Positions 1 through 9,395 of a stretch of 64,000 bases of DNA are shown here, piece by piece. The notes under the pieces were generated by a model that saw only the letters and a program-made list of their open reading frames with translations, had not been told where the DNA came from and ran no database searches. Numbering within the stretch: position 1 is the first letter of the stretch; each line of letters starts with the position of its first letter. The position numbers were made by a program, and so were the translations under genes. This stretch comes from an uncultured Verrucomicrobiae bacterium (GTDB taxonomy: Bacteria; Verrucomicrobiota; Verrucomicrobiia; Chthoniobacterales; Chthoniobacteraceae). Location of the stretch: NCBI GenBank assembly GCA_963769025.1, contig CAVYKI010000009.1, forward strand, positions 96,001-160,000, in the 5' to 3' direction.

Positions 1-1293
1 GAATTCGATGTCCACGCGATCCTTGAGCCTTTGGTAAGCCGTCGGCGTCAGCAGCGATGCCCACTGCTCGGGGTTGCCTTGGCCGCTGGTGATCATCGCC
101 TCGGCGAGAACGGGCTTCAGCCACGTGTCGCGTACATATTCCACCCACGGCGCGAGCATCGTGTCCACCGCCGCCGGTCCGCCTTGCGCGAAGAGATGCA
201 GGAAATACTCGCGCACCAACGCCTCGTCGTCGCCGATGGGCCGGTGAGCGAGCAGTCCTTCGCTCAGATCCGCATTCAGGTCGGCCATCGGCTGAAACTC
301 GCGCACGCGCTCGAGCCACTTCGGATTCACGTAGCCGACAGGGCGGGGGAGCTTGAGGTAATCGAGGAAGCGCGCCCGGTCGTACACGCCCTTGCGGCGG
401 TCGTGGTCGAGCCGGAGGTAAAGCGTGCGCGCCTTCACCGAGTTGAAGGCCGGCGGCAGCGTCTTCGCGTAGGCATCCACGCGCTCGAGCCATGCCTCAC
501 GCGCCACGGCGTCGAACTCCGTATCCACATCCGCCGACGGTGCGAGCTTGCGCAGCTTCGTGAGGACGAAGCGCTCGTTGGTCGCGAGCGCCGGAATCTG
601 TTTCACCAGCGCCTCGAGCTGATCCGCCAGCAGCGCGCGGTGGATGTTGAATTCGCCAAAGCCGCGCGATTCCTTCGAACGCAGATCCGTGACGATGAGA
701 TCGACCAGCCCCGGCACGTCCGGACGCTCGATGCGCGCGAGGAGCCCGCGCCGCTGCTGATCATTGAGCGGTGCCTTGCTCCTCACGAGCGCCTCCAGCG
801 CCTCGATGGAGAAACTCCCCATCCCTCGGTCGTTCACGAGCGAGTCCCTTTCAAACACGTCGCGGGCCACGCGCGCCGGGTCGAGCGCGCTCGGGAGGTT
901 CGGCTTTTTGTCGCGCACCTCCTGCTGGTGATTGAACTGCAGGCCGAGCCGCTCGCGCAGGAAAGCCAGCGTCTTCTGCGGATTCGCGTCGTAGTCCAGC
1001 AGCGCCTCGCGGTTCTCGATGATGCGCCGCCGGTCCGAATTCGGGAACCGCTTCTTCCACTGCTCCATCGACTCCGCGAGTTTCGCCGCGTCGCGCGTGT
1101 TCTGGTAGTGCAGCGCGTGGAAGAAATAGAAGTCCTCGCTGCCCGGAATGAGTTCGCCGAGGACCTTCGCGCGGTCCGGCGCGAGCGCGAATTTTTCGAT
1201 GAAGCCGATTTCATTCGCCGCCCAGCCGGAGACGGGAAGGACGAGCGAAGTGAGGAGGGCGAGTGCCGCGGGAAACGAAGTGCGCTTGTTCAT
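1..1293 (-). CDS. Large secreted hypothetical protein, N-terminal part; runs off the window edge
   Basis: Absent from the ORF track, consistent with no stop inside the window; I translated only its two ends. ATG at 1293 gives MNKRTSFPAALALLTSLVLPVSGWAANEIGFIEKFALAPDRAKVLGELIPGSEDFYFFHALHYQN, a signal peptide followed by globular sequence. + ORF 31..1320 is its antisense shadow. Confidence 0.8.
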   Translation of the reverse strand, partial: MNKRTSFPAALALLTSLVLPVSGWAANEIGFIEKFALAPDRAKVLGELIPGSEDFYFFHALHYQNTRDAAKLAESMEQWKKRFPNSDRRRIIENREALLDYDANPQKTLAFLRERLGLQFNHQQEVRDKKPNLPSALDPARVARDVFERDSLVNDRGMGSFSIEALEALVRSKAPLNDQQRRGLLARIERPDVPGLVDLIVTDLRSKESRGFGEFNIHRALLADQLEALVKQIPALATNERFVLTKLRKLAPSADVDTEFDAVAREAWLERVDAYAKTLPPAFNSVKARTLYLRLDHDRRKGVYDRARFLDYLKLPRPVGYVNPKWLERVREFQPMADLNADLSEGLLAHRPIGDDEALVREYFLHLFAQGGPAAVDTMLAPWVEYVRDTWLKPVLAEAMITSGQGNPEQWASLLTPTAYQRLKDRVDIEF

Positions 1294-1529
1294 GGGATGC
1301 AGGGATGGGTCGAATCGTGAGGTGCCGCGCAGCCGCTTGCAACGCCGCGCACTTCCCTTTCCATAGCCCACCCGCAGCGTGCGGTTGTGATCCTTTTGTA
1401 AAAGGCGTGTGAGTTTGTTGCGACGCGCGGCCGTGCTGCCGCTTCCGGCGGTGATCACTTTTTGAACGCGAATGGGAGAGTTCGGTTGGCATCCCGGATT
1501 GCGCCGCGTAGCTTCCGCAAACCTCTCCC

Positions 1530-3683
1530 ATGATGAATCGCGCACCCTTCCGGATCCTTCTCGTCTGCCTGCTGGCGGCAATTTTTCCCATGGCCGTCCG
1601 CGCGCAGTTGGGGCCGGATGGAAAGCCCATCACCGAGCCGGCGCTGCTCGCGGATACGGCGGCAGTGGAGCCGGGGAAGGCGTTCCACGTCGGCGTGCGC
1701 CTGAAGATCATCCCGCGATGGCACACCTACTGGCAGTTCGGTGGCGCGCCGAGTTTCCCGTTCAGCGTGGAGTGGGAATTGCCCGAGGGCTGGCAGGCCG
1801 GGCCGATTGGATTTCCGCTGCCGGGGCTGTTTGTCGATCAGGACGGGCAGTCGCTTTTCGCCTACGAGCACGAGGTGGTTTTCCCGGTGAAGATCACGCC
1901 GTCGGCGAAGCCGCTGACCGGCGAGGTGCGGATCGGCGCGAAAGCCAAATGGCAGGTGTGTGCGGAGACTTGCATCATCGGAAACGCGGATCTGGAACTG
2001 AAGCTCCCGGCGGGCGCGGCGAAGCCGGCGAACACGGAGCTCTTTGCAAAATGGATGGGGCAACTCCCGCGCGACGACGCGCCGCCGACGAAGGACGTGA
2101 GCTACGAGGCGAAGGACAAGACGCTGATCGTCCGCGTGGGCGGGCTGCCGAAGGACGCGACGGTGGAGTTTTTCCCGCAGCCTCCGGAGGATTTCGGCAG
2201 CACGTTCGAGCTCGGCAAAAAAATCACCAGCGAGACTTCCGCCGACGGAACGCGCGTTTTCGGTTTTCCATTCGACGACAAGGTCCCTGCGAATCTCGAG
2301 TGGAGCGGGCTGCTGGTCGTCCAGAAACCCGGCGGTGTGCGCGAGGGATGGATGCTCGGGAAAACGGCGCCCGCGCCCGCGCCAGCTCCGGTGCCGAAGC
2401 CCGGGACGACCACCGCAAGCGATCCCGGCGGCTGGGATCCGTTCGACGACATTCAAAAGGGGGAGACGGACTCCAAATCGGGAGGGCTTCTCTTCCTGCT
2501 GCTCCAAGGATTCCTCGGCGGGCTGCTGCTGAATCTGATGCCGTGCGTGCTGCCGGTGATCAGCCTGAAGATCTTCGGCTTTGTGCAGCAGGCGGGGGAG
2601 GCGAAGGAACGCATCTTCAAGCTCGGCCTCGCGTTCTGCGCGGGCGTGTTCGCGTTCTTTGCGATCATCGCGACGCTCATCGTGGGACTGGCTTCGTTTG
2701 GCAAGACCTTCGGCTGGGGCGCGCAATTCTCGAATCCCGTGCTGCTCACCGTGATGATCGGCGTGGTGTTTGTGTTCGGGCTCAGCCTGCTCGGCGTGTT
2801 CGAAATCACGCTCGGCGGCGGCACGACGTCGAAGCTCAGCGAACTGTCCTCCAAGGAAGGCGTGTCCGGCGCGTTCGTGCATGGGCTCTTCACGACCTTG
2901 CTCGGGACGTCCTGCACGGCGCCGCTGGTCGGGCCGGTCATCGGCGCGGCGATCACGCGGCCTGGGCCGCAGGTGTTCGCGATGTTCGCGGCGATCGCGT
3001 TGGGACTCTCGCTGCCGTATTTCCTGCTCACGTGGAAACCGGCTTGGATGCGCTTTTTGCCGAAGCCCGGAAACTGGATGGTGCGCTTCAAGCAGGTGCT
3101 CGGCTTTGTGATGCTCGCGCTCGTGGTGTGGTTGCTGGATTCATTTCCGACGCCGGGCGTCATCGTGCAGGCGTGCTCGTTCCTGCTCGTGCTGGCCTTC
3201 GCATGCTGGCTGCTCGGCACGTATCACGACGCGCGCTGGGCGCTGCCGGTCTCGCTGCTCATGGCGGTCGCGGGATGGTTCGTTTTCGTGCATGGGAAGA
3301 TGACCGCGGCGCCTTCCGTCGCCGTGACGGAGACGAGCGCCGAGGGGCTCGCGTGGGAGCCGTTCAGCGTCGCGCGCATCCGGCGGGCGCTGGAGGAAAA
3401 GCATCCCGTGTTCGTGGATTTCACGGCGAAGTGGTGCCTGAACTGCAAGGTCTTCGAGGCGACGGTCATCAACACGGCGCCCGTCATCGCCGCGATGAAG
3501 GCGAAGGGCGTGGTGACCATCAAGGCCGACTACACGCAGCAGCCGCCGGATGTCGAAGCCGCGCTGCGGAAAACCGGGCGCGCGGGCGTGCCGGTGTACG
3601 TGCTTTTCCGGAAGCGCGGAGACTACTGGGTCGCCGACGGCCTCACGCAGGCAGGCCTGCTCGAACAGCTCAACCGGCTGTAA
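1530..3683 (+). CDS. dsbD: Thiol:disulfide interchange protein DsbD (alpha domain + TM domain + thioredoxin)
   Basis: Signal peptide, WHTYW, CAETC, LLNLMPCVLPV, TSCTAP, LPKPGNWM, C-terminal DFTAKWCLNCK. Confidence 0.9.
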   Translation: MMNRAPFRILLVCLLAAIFPMAVRAQLGPDGKPITEPALLADTAAVEPGKAFHVGVRLKIIPRWHTYWQFGGAPSFPFSVEWELPEGWQAGPIGFPLPGLFVDQDGQSLFAYEHEVVFPVKITPSAKPLTGEVRIGAKAKWQVCAETCIIGNADLELKLPAGAAKPANTELFAKWMGQLPRDDAPPTKDVSYEAKDKTLIVRVGGLPKDATVEFFPQPPEDFGSTFELGKKITSETSADGTRVFGFPFDDKVPANLEWSGLLVVQKPGGVREGWMLGKTAPAPAPAPVPKPGTTTASDPGGWDPFDDIQKGETDSKSGGLLFLLLQGFLGGLLLNLMPCVLPVISLKIFGFVQQAGEAKERIFKLGLAFCAGVFAFFAIIATLIVGLASFGKTFGWGAQFSNPVLLTVMIGVVFVFGLSLLGVFEITLGGGTTSKLSELSSKEGVSGAFVHGLFTTLLGTSCTAPLVGPVIGAAITRPGPQVFAMFAAIALGLSLPYFLLTWKPAWMRFLPKPGNWMVRFKQVLGFVMLALVVWLLDSFPTPGVIVQACSFLLVLAFACWLLGTYHDARWALPVSLLMAVAGWFVFVHGKMTAAPSVAVTETSAEGLAWEPFSVARIRRALEEKHPVFVDFTAKWCLNCKVFEATVINTAPVIAAMKAKGVVTIKADYTQQPPDVEAALRKTGRAGVPVYVLFRKRGDYWVADGLTQAGLLEQLNRL

Positions 3684-3685
3684 AG

Positions 3686-3740
3686 GGAGGGACGGCTCGC
3701 CGAGCCGTCCCGCGCGGGCGCGTTCGGCGAACGCACCCTA
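3686..3740. repeat. REP-like palindromic element between convergent genes
   Basis: gggacggctcgccgagccgtccc and gcgttcggcgaacgc hairpins ending in ccctac. Confidence 0.55.
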
Positions 3741-3748
3741 CCCACGTG

Positions 3749-5719
3749 CTACGCGCCCTTGCCCGCAACCGGCGTGGCGGCGAGGGCGTTCTTGACGCAG
3801 CGGAGGAGCTTCTCCGCGGTGTAGGGCTTCTCAAGCATGGCCTTGATGTTGAGCCCTTCGAGGATCGTCTGGTTCTCCTTGTTGATGTGCCCGCTGGAGA
3901 CGATCACGCGCACGTCCGGCGTCAGCTTCTTCAACGATTTCGTCAACGTGATGCCGTCCATCATCGCCATGTGGAGATCGGTGATGACCACATTGATTGC
4001 GCCGCGGCGCTCGAAATACATCGCGAGCGCGTCGGTGCCATCCTCGGCGGTGTAGCAGCGGTAATTGTGCGCCTCGAGCGTGCCGACGATCACTTCGCGG
4101 ATCGGCATTTCGTCGTCCACGACCAGCACGAGTTCGCCATTGCCCCTGAGGTCGGCGAGATTTTCGGCCTGCTTTTCCTCCGTTCGGGCTTCGCGGTTGG
4201 CGGGAAGGTGGATCTTGAACGTGGTGCCGATGCCGACCTCGCTCTGGAGCGAGAGGAAGCCTTTGTGGCCTTTCACGATTCCGATGACGGTCGCGAGGCC
4301 GAGTCCCGTTCCCTTGCCCTGTTCCTTCGTCGTGAAGAACGGGTTGAAGATTTTCTCCATGACCTCGGGAGTCATGCCGCTGCCGGTGTCATTGACTGAG
4401 AAGCAGACGTGCGGCCCCATCGTTGCCCCCGGATTCATGCTCGCGAGCTGCTGGTCCACCTCGACGTTTTCAATCGAGACCCTGAGCGTGCCGCCCCCCG
4501 GCGACATCGCATCGCGCGCATTCACGCAGAGGTTCAAAAGGATCTGGTGGAGCTGTGTCGCGTCGCCCTGGACGGTCCACAACTCGGGTGCGAAGTGCGT
4601 CTTGATGTCGATGTTCTTCGGAAAGGTCTGGTTCATCACCTTCACCATTTCGGACAGAAGATGCTTCGGCTGGAGCAGCACGCGCTCGCCCTCGACTCCG
4701 CGGGCAAAGGTGAGCACCTGCTTGACGATTCCGGCTCCGCGCTCGGCGCTGCCCTCGATGATGTCCACCATCTGCTGATCGTCCGGTCCGACCGATCCGC
4801 GGAGGATGCCGGTGGCCATGAGGATCGGCGAAAGGATGTTGTTCAGATCGTGCGCGATTCCGCTCGCGAGCGTGCCGATGCTTTCGAGGCGTTGCGCGCG
4901 GAGGAACTGCGACTCGAGCTTCTTCGTCTCGGTGATGTCCGAATTGATGAGCAGCACGGACTTCGGCTGGCTGGTCTCGTCGTCGTAGCCGAGCGTCCAG
5001 CGGCTGTTGACGACCGCCTCGCCGGCCTCGCGTTTGGCGTGGACCATCTGCCCGTTCCAGTCACCCTTTTCGAGGAGGCCGGACATGCACTTAAGGCACG
5101 TGTCGATGTCGATTTTCAGCAGGTCGTCCACTTTCTTCCCGATCGCCTGCTCGGATGTCCACCCGTACACCTTTTCGGCGCCTTTGTTCCAAAATCGGAT
5201 TTCGCGATCGAGGGTGCAGACAATGATGGCGTCCGCCGCGAGACTCAGTACGCGGGTCAGTTCGCGGGTTTCCTCCTCGGCGCGGAGGTGCCCGGTGCGA
5301 TCGTGGATGGTCACGAGCAGCGCGCGCCTTCCTCGGAAGGTCACATTCTGCCAGGAAGTCTGCACGGCGATCACCGCGCCGACCTTGGTCTTGTGCCGCC
5401 AATTTTGCGTTTGGTTGATGCCCGCGCCGCGCGATTCGACAGCGCGCCGGTATTCGAGAAAGGCCGCGACGTCCTTCGTCGGGAGGATGCGGTCCATCGT
5501 CATCGAGAGGAACTCGTCACGGGTCCAGCCGTACGCCTTGAGGGCCGAGAAATTCGCTGCGAGAAAGCGAAGATTGTCCGCGTCGCAAATCCACATCGGC
5601 AGGGGCGCGCGCTCGAAGAGCACGTCGAACCCCGGCACTTCGCCCGAGGCGGTCGGCACGGTCCGCGCACTCGGGCTCGGGACTTCGGAAAATGGAATTG
5701 GGGTACCGTAGGTTACCAT
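3749..5719 (-). CDS. PAS-PAS hybrid sensor histidine kinase/response regulator (CckA-like architecture)
   Basis: Two PAS domains, H-box GIAHDLNNIL, N-box NLCVNARDA, DTGSGM, FFTTK, GTGLGL, receiver LVVDDE...DLHM. Confidence 0.92.
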   Translation of the reverse strand: MVTYGTPIPFSEVPSPSARTVPTASGEVPGFDVLFERAPLPMWICDADNLRFLAANFSALKAYGWTRDEFLSMTMDRILPTKDVAAFLEYRRAVESRGAGINQTQNWRHKTKVGAVIAVQTSWQNVTFRGRRALLVTIHDRTGHLRAEEETRELTRVLSLAADAIIVCTLDREIRFWNKGAEKVYGWTSEQAIGKKVDDLLKIDIDTCLKCMSGLLEKGDWNGQMVHAKREAGEAVVNSRWTLGYDDETSQPKSVLLINSDITETKKLESQFLRAQRLESIGTLASGIAHDLNNILSPILMATGILRGSVGPDDQQMVDIIEGSAERGAGIVKQVLTFARGVEGERVLLQPKHLLSEMVKVMNQTFPKNIDIKTHFAPELWTVQGDATQLHQILLNLCVNARDAMSPGGGTLRVSIENVEVDQQLASMNPGATMGPHVCFSVNDTGSGMTPEVMEKIFNPFFTTKEQGKGTGLGLATVIGIVKGHKGFLSLQSEVGIGTTFKIHLPANREARTEEKQAENLADLRGNGELVLVVDDEMPIREVIVGTLEAHNYRCYTAEDGTDALAMYFERRGAINVVITDLHMAMMDGITLTKSLKKLTPDVRVIVSSGHINKENQTILEGLNIKAMLEKPYTAEKLLRCVKNALAATPVAGKGA

Positions 5720-5776
5720 TGGGCTGTAGGGTATCTCCCTTCGGATAAGCAGCTATCGGGCAAGGCCCGGCGATTT

Positions 5777-6619
5777 TTATCGAATTCTGCTGCGTAAGCC
5801 CCACAGCCCGCGCGCCATCACCGCCCCAAGCACCAGCACCGCTCCCGCGACCGTCCAGCTCCCGGGCTTTTCATGGAGGAAGATGTACACCCACAGCGGG
5901 TTCAATACGGGCTCGAGGGTAGGGATCAGGATGGCCTCGATCGCGGTGACATGCCGGATCGCCAGTCCGTACAGGATGTAAGGCACGCCAAGCTGAAGGA
6001 CGCCGAGGACGATCAGCACGCCCCATTCGCCGGCATCCGGCATTTTGCCGACGCCGAATGGCAGTCCGATCACCGCGGTGGCGATGTTCCCGAGCAGAAG
6101 GGCGGCGACGGGCGAGCCGTCCTTCTCGCGCCGGAGAAAAATCACCATCAGCGCCATCGAGAAGCCGCTCGCGAGACCTGCGGCGATGCCCGGCAGGCTG
6201 TTCGCCGCCAGGCCGTCGCGGCACAGCAGGGCCACGCCGGCCACGGCGAAGGCGACACATGCCCAGTCGTGAGGGCGCGTCCGTTCACCCAGCATCCAAC
6301 CGCCGAGCACCGCGACGTACGCGGGTGCCGTGTATTGGAGGAAAATGGCGTTGGCGGCGGTCGTGAGGTCCGTGGCGACTACGAAGAATGTCACCGTCCC
6401 CACGTAGGCCGCCGCCGCGAGGAGCTGGTTCCGCGACCACGAGAATTTTGGGCGCCGCATCCACGCAAAAATCACCACGGCTGCGATGGCGCTGCGCGCG
6501 CCCGCCTTTGCCATGGGATGCCACTCCACTGATTTCAGCAGCACGCCGGCGAGGCTCCATAGCACGGATGTGATGACAAGCAGCAGGACTGCGGAACGGT
6601 GGCGCACGCGCGCAGGCAA
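5777..6619 (-). CDS. DMT/EamA family transporter
   Basis: ~10 hydrophobic helices, ANAIFLQYTAP, LEPVLNPLWV; start uncertain. Confidence 0.88.
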   Translation of the reverse strand: MPARVRHRSAVLLLVITSVLWSLAGVLLKSVEWHPMAKAGARSAIAAVVIFAWMRRPKFSWSRNQLLAAAAYVGTVTFFVVATDLTTAANAIFLQYTAPAYVAVLGGWMLGERTRPHDWACVAFAVAGVALLCRDGLAANSLPGIAAGLASGFSMALMVIFLRREKDGSPVAALLLGNIATAVIGLPFGVGKMPDAGEWGVLIVLGVLQLGVPYILYGLAIRHVTAIEAILIPTLEPVLNPLWVYIFLHEKPGSWTVAGAVLVLGAVMARGLWGLRSRIR

Positions 6620-6746
6620 AAGGAAAATCTCCCACCCGTCGAATACGGTCTTGTTGCATGCGGCGACCGGGGCCGCGCCTTCTTCACGGTTGAGCGCCGC
6701 GCGTCCCGCCGCTTTATTGGCGGACTTGAACTCTCCAAAGGCCAGA

Positions 6747-8174
6747 GTGAGCGAACGTGGGATTTCGATCTCGGAGCAGGCATTCTCCCGCGCGGCGGGG
6801 ACGCCGCTCGTCGAGGGGAATTCCGCGCGGCTGCTGATCGACGCGAAGGAACACTACGCAGCGTGGCTCGATGCGATCCGCGGGGCGAAGCACGCGGTCT
6901 ATTTTGAGAACTATATCATCCAGCCCGACTCCTCCGGCCGGGCCTTGCGGGACGCACTCGCCGCGCGCGCCGCGGAGGGGGTGAAGGTGCGGGTGCTGAT
7001 GGATTGGTTCGGCTCGATCACCACCCCTCGCCGGTTCTGGGAGCCGCTCGTCAGGGCCGGCGGCATCATCCGCTATTTCAACCCGCCGCGGCTCCGCGGC
7101 GAACTGAGTTGGCTGAGCCGCGACCACCGCAAATCGCTCGTCGTGGATGGCCTCATCGGGTTCGTTTCCGGAGTCTGCGTGAGCGATGTGTGGCTCGGTG
7201 ATGCGAGCCGCAGCATCGAGCCGTATCGTGACACAGGCGTGGAGATTCGCGGTCCTGCGGTTGCGGATCTGCTCCGGGGTTTCGCGCAAATCTGGGGGCT
7301 GTGCGGCCAGGCGATCCTCCGGGACGAACTCGCGGGGCTCCCGATCCCCGCGCGCGAGGGCGGCGTCGCCATGCGCATCGTCGCGACCACGCCAAACCTC
7401 AGCGCGCTGTACCGGCTGGACCTGCTCGTCGCGTCGCTCGCGCAGACGAGGCTGTGGATCACGGACGCCTATTTTGCCGGCACGCCGAGCTACGTCCATG
7501 CGCTCCGCTCCGCCGCGCGCGACGGCGTGGATGTCCGCCTGCTCGTGCCCGGTGGCAGCGATCTGCCGTGGCTGCGGCCGCTCACCACGGCGGGCTACCG
7601 CCCGCTGCTGGAGGCGGGCGTGCGCGTCTTTGAATGGAACGGATCGATGCTGCACGCCAAGACGGCCGTGGCCGATGACCGGTGGGCGCGCGTCGGCTCC
7701 ACAAATCTGAACCTGGCGAGCTGGCTCACGAATTTCGAGATGGATGTCGCGGTGGACGACGAGAAGTTCACAAGCGAACTGGCGGCCGTTTACGAGCACG
7801 ACCTGGAACACAGCACCGAGGTCGTCCTGAAGCAGCGCCGGCGTGTGCGCATTCCCTCGGAGAAGGACGAGCGCGAGCGGAGCCGTCCCGCCGCCGGCAG
7901 CTTCGTGCGCGCCACGGCGGGTGCGCTGCGCTTCACGCGCTCCGTTTCCGCTGCGATGACCGGCCAGCGTGTGCTGGACAAAGGAGACACCTTCTCCCTC
8001 CTCATCGCGGCGATGGTGGTGCTCGCATTTGCGGCGGTAGCCATCGTGTTTCCGAGAGCCGTCGCATGGACCGCCGCCGCGATCGCGAGCATCATCGGTC
8101 TGGGCCTCCTTTTCCGGTCGCTGCGCACCCGCGTGCGCCGCGGACGTCCGCGTGACGGTGCGCCGCCCGCTTGA
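6747..8174 (+). CDS. cls: Cardiolipin synthase / phospholipase D family protein
   Basis: Two HKD motifs (RDHRKSLVVD, LHAKTAVAD), GSTNLN, C-terminal TM pair. Start placed at GTG 6747 (uncertain; ORF opens at 6486). Confidence 0.85.
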   Translation: MSERGISISEQAFSRAAGTPLVEGNSARLLIDAKEHYAAWLDAIRGAKHAVYFENYIIQPDSSGRALRDALAARAAEGVKVRVLMDWFGSITTPRRFWEPLVRAGGIIRYFNPPRLRGELSWLSRDHRKSLVVDGLIGFVSGVCVSDVWLGDASRSIEPYRDTGVEIRGPAVADLLRGFAQIWGLCGQAILRDELAGLPIPAREGGVAMRIVATTPNLSALYRLDLLVASLAQTRLWITDAYFAGTPSYVHALRSAARDGVDVRLLVPGGSDLPWLRPLTTAGYRPLLEAGVRVFEWNGSMLHAKTAVADDRWARVGSTNLNLASWLTNFEMDVAVDDEKFTSELAAVYEHDLEHSTEVVLKQRRRVRIPSEKDERERSRPAAGSFVRATAGALRFTRSVSAAMTGQRVLDKGDTFSLLIAAMVVLAFAAVAIVFPRAVAWTAAAIASIIGLGLLFRSLRTRVRRGRPRDGAPPA

Positions 8175-8213
8175 GAGTTGCAACCATCCCGCGCTGCGCC
8201 ACACCTTCCACCC

Positions 8214-9233
8214 GTGCCCGACCAATACGCCCAGTCCATCGCCGAAGCGCCCGACACGCCGTTCGACATCTCGCTGCGTCCACCGGCATTCAGCGAATTC
8301 GCCGGGCAGGAAAAAGTGCGCGAGCAGCTCCTCGTGATGGTCGAGGCCGCACGGCAGCGCGGCGACGTGCTCGAGCACATCCTCCTCAGCGGCCCGCCCG
8401 GCCTCGGCAAGACAACGCTCGCGCACATCCTCTCGCACGCGATGGGCGTGAACATCAAATGCACGAGCGGCCCAACGATTGAAAAAGCCGGCGACCTCGC
8501 AGGGCTGCTCACCGGCCTCGAACGCGGCGACATCCTCTTCATCGATGAAATCCACGCCCTCTCGCGCATCATCGAGGAATACCTCTACCCCGCGATGGAG
8601 GACTACAAGCTGGACATCATCATCGACCAGGGCCCGAACGCGCGATCGGTCCGCCTGAACCTCCCGCGTTTCACGCTCATCGCCGCGACCACGCGCGCCG
8701 GGATGATCACCGCGCCGCTGCGTTCGCGCTTCGGAATGACGTGCCGCCTCGACTATTACACCGCCGAGGAGTTGCAGAAGATCGTCGCCCGCAGCGCGGG
8801 GCTGATCAGCGCGGAGATCGACGCCGCCGGCGCACTCGAAATCGCCGGGCGCAGCCGCGGCACGCCGCGCGTCGCAAACAATCTCCTGCGCTGGGTGCGG
8901 GACTACGCGCAGGTCCGCGCCGGGAACCGCATCACCCGCGAAGTCGCCGACGCCGCGCTCACCATGCGCGACATTGATCGCGACGGCCTCGACGAGATGG
9001 ACAAACGCATCCTCGAAGCGCTCGTGCAGAAATTCGAAGGCGGTCCCGTCGGCATCAGTTCGCTCGCCGTCTCCGTCGGCGAAGATGCAGGCACGCTCGA
9101 AGACGTGAACGAGCCGTACCTCATCATGCAAGGCTACCTGAAGCGCACTCCGCAGGGCCGTGTCGCCATGCCGCTCGCTTACAAAAAGCTGGGCATCGCC
9201 GCGCCGAAGCGCGAGGGCGAGTTGTTCGGCTGA
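8214..9233 (+). CDS. ruvB: Holliday junction branch migration helicase RuvB
   Basis: [49 protein letters not shown]; start at GTG 8214 inferred. Confidence 0.96.
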   Translation: MPDQYAQSIAEAPDTPFDISLRPPAFSEFAGQEKVREQLLVMVEAARQRGDVLEHILLSGPPGLGKTTLAHILSHAMGVNIKCTSGPTIEKAGDLAGLLTGLERGDILFIDEIHALSRIIEEYLYPAMEDYKLDIIIDQGPNARSVRLNLPRFTLIAATTRAGMITAPLRSRFGMTCRLDYYTAEELQKIVARSAGLISAEIDAAGALEIAGRSRGTPRVANNLLRWVRDYAQVRAGNRITREVADAALTMRDIDRDGLDEMDKRILEALVQKFEGGPVGISSLAVSVGEDAGTLEDVNEPYLIMQGYLKRTPQGRVAMPLAYKKLGIAAPKREGELFG

Positions 9234-9395
9234 GCGGCCGGCAACCAGTCCTGTCCGCATCGTTCATTGCATGTGCGCGATGTCTTGCAGCTGCCCCGCT
9301 CAATTCCGCACCGCTTCCTGGGGATTCGCACGCGGCATCAAAGACTTTCCATGCCGGGGACTTTGCCTCACTTCTCAGGTGCACCTTTCCAAAAC

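Noticed and set aside
1472..9260. Long alternative-frame or antisense ORFs (e.g. 1472..4399, 1455..2882, 6714..9260) and similar shadows over the PKS genes
   Set aside because: Arg/Ala/Gly-rich shadow ORFs typical of high-GC DNA, overlapping genes with clear family motifs
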